Origin: the human T2T-CHM13v2.0 reference genome, Homo sapiens
Strand: one strand, 5' to 3'
DNA: 64,000 nucleotides
Assembly (NCBI RefSeq): GCF_009914755.1
Contig: NC_060927.1
The notes below the pieces were generated by a model. It was given only the letters and a program-made list of their open reading frames with translations, did no database searches and was not told the origin of the DNA. The translations under genes were made by a program, and so were the position numbers. Positions 1-9,892 of this stretch are shown in pieces (position 1 is the first letter of the stretch; each line of letters starts with the position of its first letter).

Positions 1-534
1 AGCGTTGATGGTGTTTACAATTTGGCATGTTTTTGCAGTGGCTGGTACCGGTTGTTCCTTTCCATGTTTAGTGCTTCCTTCAGGAGCTCTTGTAAGGTAG
101 GCCTGGTGGTGACAAAATCTCTCAGCATTTGTTTGTCTGTAAAGGATTTTATTTCTCCTTCACTTATGAAGCTTAGTTTGGCTGGATATGAAATTCTGGG
201 TTAAAAATTCTTTTCTTTAAGAATGTTGAATATTGGCCCCCACTCTCTTCTGGCTTGTAGAGTTTCTGCTGAGAGATCTGCTGTTAGTCTGATGGGCTTC
301 CCTTTGTGGGTAACCTGACCTTTCTCTCTGGTGGCCCTCAACATTTTTTCCTTCGTTTCAACTTTGGTGAATCTGACAATTATGTGTCTTGGAGTTGCTC
401 TTCTTGAGGAATATCTTTGTGGTGTTCTCTGTATTTCCTGAATTTGAATGTTGGCCTGCCTCGGTAGGTTGGGGAAGTTCTCCTGGATAATATCCTGAAG
501 AGTGTTTTCCAATTTGGTTCCATTCTCCCCATCA
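1..534 (-). mobile_element. L1PA LINE-1, 3' half of ORF1 and start of inter-ORF region (continues off the window)
   Basis: Minus ORF 201-512 (ENTLQDIIQENFPNL...RATPRHIIVRF...ARREWGPIFNILKEKNF) is L1 ORF1p, with a premature stop. Confidence 0.95.
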
Positions 535-1989
535 TGAATAGGAACACAACGAGTCTGCAGCTCCCAGTGTGACTGACACAGAAGACAGGTGATTTCTGCA
601 TTTCCAACTGAGGTACTGGGTTCATTTCACAGGGGCTTGTCAGACACTGGGTGCAGCCCACGGAGCAGGGCGGGGCATTGCCTCACCCAGGAAATGCAAG
701 GGGTCGGGGAGTTACCTTTCCTAGCAAAGGGAAGCCGTGACAGATGGTACCTGGAAAATCGGGACACTCCCACCCTAATACTGCGCTTTTCCAGTGGCCT
801 TAGCAAAGGGCTCACCAGGAGATTATATCCTGCGCCTGACTCAGGGGATCCCACACCCATGGAGCCTCTCTCACTGCTAGCACAGCAGTCTGAGATTGAA
901 CTGCAAGGAGGCAGTGAGGCTGTGGGAGGGGCATCCGCCATTGCTGAGGCTTGAGTAGGTAAACAAAGCGGCTGGGAAGCTCGAACTGGGTGGAGCCCAC
1001 TGCAGCTCAAGGAGGGCTGCCTGCCTCTGTAGCCTCCACCTCTGGGGGCAGGGCATAGCTGAACAAAAGGCAGCAGAAACTTCTGCAGACTTAAACGTCC
1101 CTGTCTGACAGCTTTGAAGAGAGTAGTGGTTCTCCCAGCATGGAGTTTAAGATCTGAGAACGGACAGACTGCCTCCTCAAGTGGGTCCCTGAACCCTCAG
1201 GAGCCTAACTGGGAGGCACCTCCCAGTAGGGGGCGACTGACACCTCATATGGCAGGGTGCCCCTCTGAGACAAAGCTTCCAGAGTGAAGGATCAGAAAGC
1301 AACATTTGCTGTTCTGCAGCGTCCACTGTTGATACCCAGGCAAACAGGGTCTGGAGTGGACCTCCATCAAACTCCAACAGACCTGCAGCTGAGGGTCCTG
1401 ACTGTTAGAAGGAAAACTAACAAACAGAAAGGACATGCACACAAAAACCCCATCTGTACGTCACCATTATCAAAGACCAAAGGTAGATAAAACCACAAAG
1501 ATGGGGAGAAACCAAAGCAGAAAAGCTGAAAATTCTAAAAATCAGAGCACTTCTCCTCCAAAGGAACGCAGCTCCTCGCCAGCAATGGAACAAAGCTGGA
1601 TGGAGAATGACTTTGACAAGTTGAGAGAAGAAGGCTTCAGATGATCGGTAATGACAAACTTATCCGAGCTAAAGGAGGATGTTTGAACCCATTGCAAAGA
1701 AGCTAAAAACCTTGAAAAAAGAGTAGATGAATGGCTAACTAGAATAAACAGTGTAGAGAAGTCCTTAAATGACCTGATGGAGCTGAAAACCATGGCATGA
1801 GAGTGACGTGATGCATGCACAAGCTTCAGTAGCCGATTCGATCAACTGGAAGAAAGGGTATCAGTGATTGAAGATCAAATGAATGAAAATGAAGCGAAAA
1901 GAGAAGTTTAGAGAAAAAAGAGTAAAAAGAAATGAACAAAGCCCCCAAGAAATATGGGACTATGTGAAAATCTACGTCTGATTGGTGTA
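535..1989 (+). mobile_element. L1PA 5'UTR plus ORF1 N-terminal part, the inverted 5' segment of the same element (probably L1PA4-6 age)
   Basis: Typical L1 5'UTR (GAATAGGAACA..., TTTCTGCATTTCCAACTGAGGTAC). ORF1 ATG at 1501 (MGRNQSRKAENSKNQS) has several TGA stops. The UTR keeps the segment (~1325-1455) that younger L1PA subfamilies lost. Confidence 0.9.
627..941 (-). CDS. L1 ORF0-like antisense ORF (104 aa), expression unknown
   Basis: MADAPPTASLPPCSSISDCCAS... resembles L1 ORF0 (MAGAPPPASLPPCS...). The ATG is in a gcaATGg context. Confidence 0.55.
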   Translation of the reverse strand: MADAPPTASLPPCSSISDCCASSERGSMGVGSPESGAGYNLLVSPLLRPLEKRSIRVGVSRFSRYHLSRLPFARKGNSPTPCISWVRQCPALLRGLHPVSDKPL

Positions 1990-2054
1990 ATAGCACAAAT
2001 GTATGACTTGGGAAGTCATTAAGAAAAGAAGCTCTCTAAAGCACACAAACCCAT

Positions 2055-2126
2055 GAAGCCCACAGTAGGAGTGATGGAGAGAAGCCCACAGTAGGAGTGA
2101 TGGAGAGAAGCCCACAGTAGGAGTGA
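2055..2126. repeat. 26-bp minisatellite, ~2.8 copies (GAAGCCCACAGTAGGAGTGATGGAGA)
   Basis: Exact copies at 2055-2080 and 2081-2106, partial copy at 2107-2126. Confidence 0.95.
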
Positions 2127-3119
2127 CTGCTGTATGGCACAGTGAAAAGATGCAGTGACCACCTGGGAAAAGCCTTGGCAGATTGTAGAGGGAAGTGGAG
2201 TAAGGTTGCAGCAGGCACAGTCAGACTTCACCTGAAGTATTCAGACCAAGCCCTCATTTCCAGGGCAAGGGAATTAAGGCCACCTAGCCAGTTCACAGCC
2301 AAGCTAAGTTTGGGGCACAGATCTTTACACTCACCAGCCCTCACTCTCATGCCCATTCCACTGCCCATATTGCCTCCCTAGCATGGACTCTGAGGTCAGA
2401 AAAGGGGAGCCAGCATTTGAAAGCAGACATTTCTAGTACTAAATAGGACAAATGAACCAAAAGATCGGTGCATGCTGAAGATTTGTCAGTATGTGAAAGC
2501 TGCAGACATAGAGAAGGAGCAGTGATATGTGTTATCAAGAAGGCACACTGAAAGACGGCCTTGGGAATAAAAAGAAAAGAAACCCTGAGCCATGAGTGCC
2601 ACAGTCAAGGTTGGCATTTATAGTGTCTTCAGGTAAATAGTCCTGAATAGAGCTGCAGAAACAGTTTCTGTAATCCCTTCTGGTTTTGTTTTTTTCCCTA
2701 ACCTAAAGCGTCTCTAAGATATGTTCTGACATATCTAAGACTTTATCTGGTATTCTTGCTGAGGACAGATCTCTGAATCATGATGATTGATAAACACAGA
2801 AGGCAACCAAGGATGGACATTTGAACTCAAATGCACTCTGACATTGGTCAGACACTTCCTCTAGGCTGTTCCAGATACTTAGTGTCCTGAAAAGAAGAAA
2901 GAGGAGGAATAAGCAGGCCCTGCTCTTGGGGACCTCACAGGCTGGCGGTTACCACCTTTTCCTTCCAGCCGTTGACTGATTTATTCACTTATCAAGCTTT
3001 TACTGAATGCTCAGTGAGGAACCTGCATGGCTCTTGCCACGGGGGCAGGTGGTGCACTATGTCAGTGCTGAATAGAGAGAAATTATCTTCTTGTCTGGAA
3101 ATAACTCATTTTTACTTCA

Positions 3120-3648
3120 AATGGCTTGGTTATCTGTTGCTGCATAATAAGCCACCCCCAAAACTTCTTAAAACAATCTATTATCATCTCTTATTCTGTG
3201 GGTTTACAGGGCTCACTGAGCAATTCTCACTTGGTGTCAGATGTCACTGGCTGGAATCATCTAAAAGCTCAGGTGGGCTAGATATTCGAGATGGCTCACA
3301 TACATGGCTGGCAATTGATGCTGGTGGTCAGCTTGGGGTGCGACTGGGGCTGTCAACTTGAGCTCCTACATATGACCTTTCCATGTGACTTAGGCTTCTC
3401 ACAGCATGGCAGCTGATTTTCCCCAGAGAAAGCATTCCAAGAGACCCAGGAAGAAGCCTCAAGGCTCGTTTTTACCCAGCCTTGGATGTCCCAGGAAGTC
3501 CCCACGTTTCTAGTCTCCTCAAGTCACTAATGTCAACCCAGATACCAGAAAGAGGAATGAGATTACACCTCATGTTGTAAGGAATGGTGTGTGTGTTTTG
3601 GGACAGAAGGTGTTGATGGTCACCATTTTTGGAGATGAGCTGTCACAA
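3120..3648. mobile_element. ERVL-MaLR solo LTR (MLT1-type), degraded
   Basis: MLT1-like motifs (TTATCTGTTGCTGCATAA..., GGCTTCTCACAGCATGGCAGCTG, CCATTTTTGG...CACA). Subfamily and ends are uncertain. Confidence 0.6.
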
Positions 3649-4218
3649 TGGCCAAACTCCAGAATATCACACAGAGGAAGGCTGAGAGAAGCCCCTTCCC
3701 TTTTGGGGGTAAACATTAAGTGCAAAAATAAACAAAATGGTTAAACAGAACTGGGCCCAAAGAGAACAGTGACAAGATCAGAGGCAGTAAGAAAGAAAGC
3801 AAGTCCCTTCTAGACCACAACTTCCATACCATCCATGTGCAGGCTCATCTGGAGAAAGGTGCAGGTCCTACATCTATCAAGCACAGTGTTAGGCCCTGGG
3901 AGACAAAATAGAAGGGTCTGTGTGACATGGCATCATAGAGAAAGACTGATACTTTCAAATGTATGTAATAGATGTTGTAGTAGATACACTCTGGGCAAAG
4001 AAGGGAGGAAACAGTCCACTCTGTTTGAAGTTTGTGTTTGGTATTACCAGGGAGGGGAAAGCTTTCGTAAAGGTGATCTTGAGGGAAGCCTTTGCATTGG
4101 GGTTACTTCCCCCACTCCCAAGAGTGGTCATGAGACCAGTGGTCTTCCTTGCCATACCCATGGACACTGCTGTGATTCCTGTTGCTTTGGAAATGTCTGA
4201 GAGGAATGGCCTGCAAGG

Positions 4219-4540
4219 CCCCTCACACGGATCAGGATATTGAGTATGCAGATGTGGGGTTTTCTTTATGAGCCAGGCTGTGAGCTCCATGAGGTGAGAG
4301 ACCACGGACAACCTGAGCAAGACAGTATACAAGGTTCCAATCACATGCTTGGTGTGGAATGGGCATTAGATATGGGTTTGATGTTACTGAGTTGGTCTAA
4401 AGGTGCTGTGTGTTTTTCGGTGCATACTGAACAGAGAGTAGTCCTGTCTAGAGCTGTGGGCTGCAATGCTCAGGAAGCATTCTGAGAGTTTCTTGCTGGG
4501 AAAGCACTGTATCGGTCAATGAGAATAGGTGCTTTTTTCA
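4219..4540 (+). repeat. 322-bp direct repeat, copy 1
   Basis: Matches 4942-5263 without gaps, about 6 substitutions. Confidence 0.95.
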
Positions 4541-4941
4541 CCTAAACTCTTGTGAGTTGACAGCTCCCCCTGCTGATCAAAAGGCTGATTGGAGCTAGGA
4601 AACAGGGATTTTGAATAATCCTTAAGTAATTCGTTGACACTGGGGTTTACTAGACTACAACTCACATAATTCAGAAGTCCCATGAACACAGAAACCCTTG
4701 TGTTGTTCAAATGTTTTCATGAAAAGTAACCATCACCTTCTCCTACCATGGGATTGGCTGCCCAGGGCAGAGGGCAGGGGGAGGGAAGTGAAGTGGTAGA
4801 GTTAAAAATTTTAGTGGTGGCACAGAGCACCCCTTTGTGGCCACCATAGCCCAGAGAGACCACCATAACATGAGTCTGAATCTTCAGCAGAGCCCCTGAG
4901 CCCTGGCTACAGCCTTCAGGCTGCTATATCTCCATCCTAAC

Positions 4942-5263
4942 CCCCTCACACGGATCAGGATATTGAGTATGCAGATGTGGGGTTTTCTTTATGAGCCAGG
5001 CTGTGAGCTCCACGAGGTGAGAGACCACGGACAACCTGAGCAAGACAGTATACCAGGTTCCAATCACATGCTTGGTGTGGAATGGGCATTAGATATGGGT
5101 TTGATGTTACTGAGTTGGTCTAAAGGTGCTGTGTGTTTTCCGGTGCATACTGAACAGAGAGTAGTCCTGTCTAGAGCTGTGGGCTGCAATGCTCAGGAAG
5201 CATTCTGAGAGTTTCTTGCTGGGAAAGCACTATATTGGTCAGTGAGAATAGGTGCTTTTTTCA
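4942..5263 (+). repeat. 322-bp direct repeat, copy 2
   Basis: Offset 723 bp from copy 1. The same 81-aa ORF appears twice (4240 and 4963). Confidence 0.95.
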
Positions 5264-6888
5264 TTTCTCTTTACATAGCCATCTTCTTGAGGTTGCCTAA
5301 GAGTACAGGTTCTAAAAGAGAACATAGAAACCAGTAAAATCACAAAATAGCAATTCAGGTCGAGTTTTAAAAATCATATTTTAGTCATTCTCTTACAAGT
5401 GAAAGGACATTTTTTAATGACTGGGTCTTAAAGCCAGCCCTGAGGTTCTACAAACAGGATCACTCAGACCAACTGTGGAAAAAGTTACATTACTGGTATT
5501 TATTACGCTGACTTCTTCAAAGTATTTTAGCCTCATCTTCTTGGACTGAAATGAATACAAGAGGAATTTCTCAAGGACTCCTTTGGCAAGCTGGCTGAAG
5601 AAGACGTATTTTTAGCTGTGTCCTGACAGTGCTGGCACTGCACACTCAAAGGAAAGCCCCAGAGACCCTGAGTTCCAGAGACACAGAGCCTCTAGGAGCT
5701 GCAGATTGACCCCAGCTGCAGATTCAGCTGGAGCCCATGGGTTGGTCTAAACTACCCAACTTCACTCAGAGGACACCCCAGAGAGGGGTTTCAACCAATA
5801 GAGCCAGGCAGAGGCTTGAGATCCAGGTGATCCTCCTGTGAGGGCTCCGATTCCCCCAGTGGTTTCTCATGGATATGCTGGTATCTGGTACAATGAGCAC
5901 ATTTGGAGGGCCTTCCAAATTACCCATTCCCCCAGGAAAGCCAGCAAGTTACTCTTATTGCTTCTGTGGAAGATCTTCTTAAGGACCATGGGTTGACAAG
6001 TTCCTGGACCTACGGCTATGGTCTGAATCCATGGGGACAGAGTCACACCACATGTGGCATGGTGTGGCCTCCATAACAGTCCCTCAGACTAGGGGAAATC
6101 ACTGCAGAGGCCTCACAGGAGTAGAACATGAATCAAGTCAACTAAAGAGCCTGAGTTAAAGCCCCATAATTTCCACATTAGTTCCATGAACCCTGAGTTC
6201 ACGGAAGGGCAAGTGTCACAGAGCAAAACCCCGGAGAGCAACCTGTGTGCAGAGCCCTGGCCCCCAGCCAGCCTGGCTCTAGGGCTGCAGTAGGACTGGC
6301 AGGAAGGCAGAGGCCAGGTGCTGGGACCTAGAATCTGGAAGGGAGAAGCCTCTGAGAAAAGTCGGTAGGGAGCCAGGTGAGAACAGGGCCAGTGGTGTCA
6401 GGAGAAGGTAAGTGCGTAAAGACACAGTATGTCAAGTAATAACAGTGTGGCTATGTTATCTGAGTGTCTCTGTCTCTGTGTGAGTGTCTCCATTGCAAGC
6501 TGGCCTGTTCCCATGCCTGGACCCCAGGAGAGCCCAGCATACAGGCCACACCCATTTCCTGATAGTGCTTGATGCAGGGAGCCCCTAGCCACCCTGCTCC
6601 AGTTCTTAACTCTCCTCACCCTCTGCTTCTGAGCATGGTGGGGACTCTGTCAGCGGATCTGCATCTCACCAGCCTGCTGTATGTCAGCCTTGGCTGGGAC
6701 ATGAGGTGCAGCCACTGCCACCATCTAACAACCAGACTCTGCTTCATTCCTCCTGTGCTTGCTGAGTTCATCCTCACCCTAACTGTAAGGGACACCTACC
6801 CTGGTTCCCTAGTCCTGAGGATGCTTGACTGCTGGACCCTCCATCTGTGGCTTGTCATCTGTGCTTGATTGTTCTCACTTGGTTACAG

Positions 6889-7007
6889 GCTCTCCCTCTC
6901 TGCCAGATAAGTACCGCCATGCCCGTGAAATGATGTTGTTGCTGCCCACATACCGGGACCGCCCAAGCAGTGCCATGTATCCAGCAGCCATCCTGGAGAA
7001 CGGACAG
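6889..7007 (+). CDS. DOCK3: DOCK3 coding exon (GSPSLPDKYRHAREMMLLLPTYRDRPSSAMYPAAILENGQ)
   Basis: ttacag|GC...CAG|gtaata; 119 nt, phase 1 to 0; DOCK3 C-terminal peptide. Confidence 0.95.
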
Positions 7008-8167
7008 GTAATAGACCCACCACACTGACTGTCCTCTGCTGCAAGTGTGTTAGCCTGTGCTTCCCTCCTTGCATTTGCGGGGCCTTCTGCATTGTCCTAC
7101 ATGGCTCTCTCATTCCGCTGTAAGATCCCGCAAAAGGCCGCTGGGCTTCTGGATGTGGAGTGCAGTGAACCTGAGGACCAGCAATCCAGACAGAGTGTAG
7201 GCGTGAGTAGAATGGTGGCAGGAACCACCATTGGAACCAGCATTGCTCATGTAGCTATCTGTCCTTCCCGCCAGATCCTGGACTCGTCATCCCTAAACAG
7301 TCTAGCAAAGGTAATTGGTTCTTTGCAGCCTGTTCTGAGAAGGCAGTGGTGGACACATTGGTCTGGAAGATGTTCTTCCTCCCTATTTGTGGGGCATCCT
7401 CACTGGAACAAACTCTGCCTCTTTTATTCATCCATCCAACTGAAGTCCCTCACTACCTGCTGGGGCTGTTCTACATGCCATTTGCACAGCTCTCCAAATG
7501 CTCTGCCTGGGGACCTTGAACAAGAAGCTGTAGGGATTAACTCCCTCCCTTGGGCAGTCTGTCCCTGCCCTTCTATCAGGGTCCATAAAAGTCACCTCTC
7601 AGTGACCATTACCTAGCCTCAGAATGCCAGGAGTTTCTTAGTGGTACCTCCCTGTGCCTGATTGGCTCTGCCAGGTAGAGGGATGAGATCTGCTTGGCAG
7701 CTGCCCATTAAAACAGCAAGTCCTGTCTGTGACTCTAGGCTTGATACTGTCCTTTCCTCTGCCTTCAGTGCTAGCATGGGCCTGTGCAGGGCCTCTCCAG
7801 GAGGCTAAACCTGTCAGTGCTCATGGGGAAGTGGGGATCTCTCTAGCCAGACAAAAGGATGCAAACAGATGCTCCCAGGTAGCTATGTTCTGTTTCTTGG
7901 GCCCTACATAAGACAGCTGGGTCCTAGCCAGATACTGGAGGATGGTATTGCAAATATTGTGTATAGAAGCACTGAGAACCAGACACCCTGGACAGTCTTT
8001 CCTAGGGCTGGCCTGGGGGTCTCAGTATATCTCAAGTGTGAGCTGTGCCACTGCTTTGTTTTCCCCGTCTGATCTTGTAGTGTCCTGTCTCTCGTCGCCC
8101 ACAACACTGCCTCCCAAGATATAATTGGTTGTTTTCACTCTCTGTAATGTTTATCTCCTTCCTTCAG

Positions 8168-8255
8168 CCGCCGAATTTCCAGCGAGCCCTGTTCCAGCAA
8201 GTGGTCGGAGCCTGCAAACCCTGCAGTGATCCCAATCTGTCTGTGGCTGAAAAAG
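8168..8255 (+). CDS. DOCK3: DOCK3 coding exon (PPNFQRALFQQVVGACKPCSDPNLSVAEK)
   Basis: ccttcag|CCG...AAAG|gtattg; 88 nt, phase 0 to 1. Confidence 0.95.
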
Positions 8256-9877
8256 GTATTGTTGCCCAGGTGGCCTTCCCCCCATGTCTGTCCCCATCCT
8301 GAGTGTCTGACTCTTGTCCCTGAGTACCAGCTGGCCAGGGCTAAGCCATACTTCAACACTCAGGTCTGTCCGTCTGTCCAGAATTCTGACCAGTTCTTGT
8401 GCTCACTATTTAACCCATGTCTGACTTGATGCTAAGGTTTATATCCTGTATCCCTCCTTCCTCAGGGCCTACCCTCAGAGGTCCCAACTGCCTCCTGCCC
8501 TGAGCCCACCTTTATGGAAACTTGGGCTTCTGTGTGCAAACTGTAGAAAACTACTTCCCTAGACTCCTCCCAGCCACCCCCAGAATTCAGCAGGCCTTGT
8601 GGCCCCTTTGGTCCCTCTCAGCTTGGGCCCTCAGGGATCTTTCCTTGGAGCTCAGAACAGGCCGTGGCCAAACAAGCCCCAAGAGGAAGGGGAAAGACAT
8701 GCTATTTCCCAAAGACAGGCTTCTCCAAGTGAAGCCCAGGGTGCCCCAAAGGAGTCCGGTCCTTCTGTAGCCACTCTGGCCAGCAGCTGCTGTGAATCCA
8801 TCTTTTATTGCAAGGCCACCAACCATACTGTGAGACTGAGCAATCCTCCTTAGACCTGTGGCTGTTTAGAGAGTGGGCATTTTACCCTGTGTTCTGCTTC
8901 TGCAAGCCGATGGAAGAAGCAGACTCAGACCTCAGACACGGAGATCTGAGTTAATTTTAACAGAGAGTAATACTAAGTGCTGAGCCTTCCTGCCACCCAG
9001 AACCTGGCCTCATATCCGCCCCTCTCCTCACAGGTTCTCTGCCTAGCTGCTCCATCTATTGGAGTTTAGGGCACACTCAGTTCCCACCAATACAACCTGT
9101 CATCCCCTATTCCATCAGAACATGTCCCTCCAAAGCTGTCATCATCACGTTATCATCGTATCTGTTCATCGAGTGCTATGTGCTGTCCCCACTGTTATGC
9201 TCCGCCTTTGCTCATCATGGAGGACATACCTCTGTGTCCTCTTTAAAGAGACAAAACACTGATGGGCACTGAAGCTGGGTGCCCCACCACAAAGGGCCTG
9301 GAGACTGGCTGAAGATGCCTTCATAGCTTCAAGGTCGTATATCCCGAAAACATGCAGCTTCTTGGACTTCTGCACCTGTGACCCAAAACAGAGTGCCCTT
9401 TTCGCCTGGAGGGCCAGAATCCACAGTGGCATTTCTTCAGCTGAGATGCAGAGCAACGTCAGAAGTAGCCAAGAGTCTAGACAGGCTTAGAGCTCAAACA
9501 GGTGCTGGTGGCCAGACCAGGACCCTACCCCAACCAGACACATTAGCGCTTCAGGCCTCAGGCCAAGGCCAGACTACGACTACATCAAGGAGCTGGACAT
9601 GCCCACCCCTAGGTGTGGAAGGAAAGGAGGGTTGTCTCAGAACAGAGGCTGAGCCCAGAGCAAGCATATCCGTACCACAAGGCCAGCATTTAGAAGGCAG
9701 CTAATCAGACATTTGCCCAGTGGCAACACACAGGCCAGAGCGTAGCTCCCTAAGTCTCTACCTGGATCCTCCAGGGCAGGAACTATACATACTTGTCATC
9801 ATTCTCTTGTCTGTCAGGGTTCTGAGTCCCATGAGGACTACATCTCTCACTTACAGGTATCTCTTTTTGCCGTGCAG

Positions 9878-9892
9878 TGACTCCCAGATCAG
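9878..9892 (+). CDS. DOCK3: Candidate DOCK3 15-nt microexon (VTPRS); an upstream acceptor gives 36 nt from 9857
   Basis: ctcac...tctttttgccgtgcag|TGACTCCCAGATCAG|gtgagc; phase 1/1, no stop. Confidence 0.35.

Noticed and set aside
2055-2126. Direct repeats that could be mistaken for a CRISPR array
   Set aside because: No unique spacers and no cas genes; this is primate DNA.
3835-4485. Overlapping 80-130 aa ORFs, considered as a processed pseudogene or new gene
   Set aside because: No recognisable protein, poly(A) or TSD. The repeated 81-aa ORF is explained by the DNA duplication.
6405-6413. Perfect donor AAG|GTAAGT upstream of the 6889 exon
   Set aside because: No convincing upstream acceptor or pyrimidine tract; such 9-mers occur by chance.
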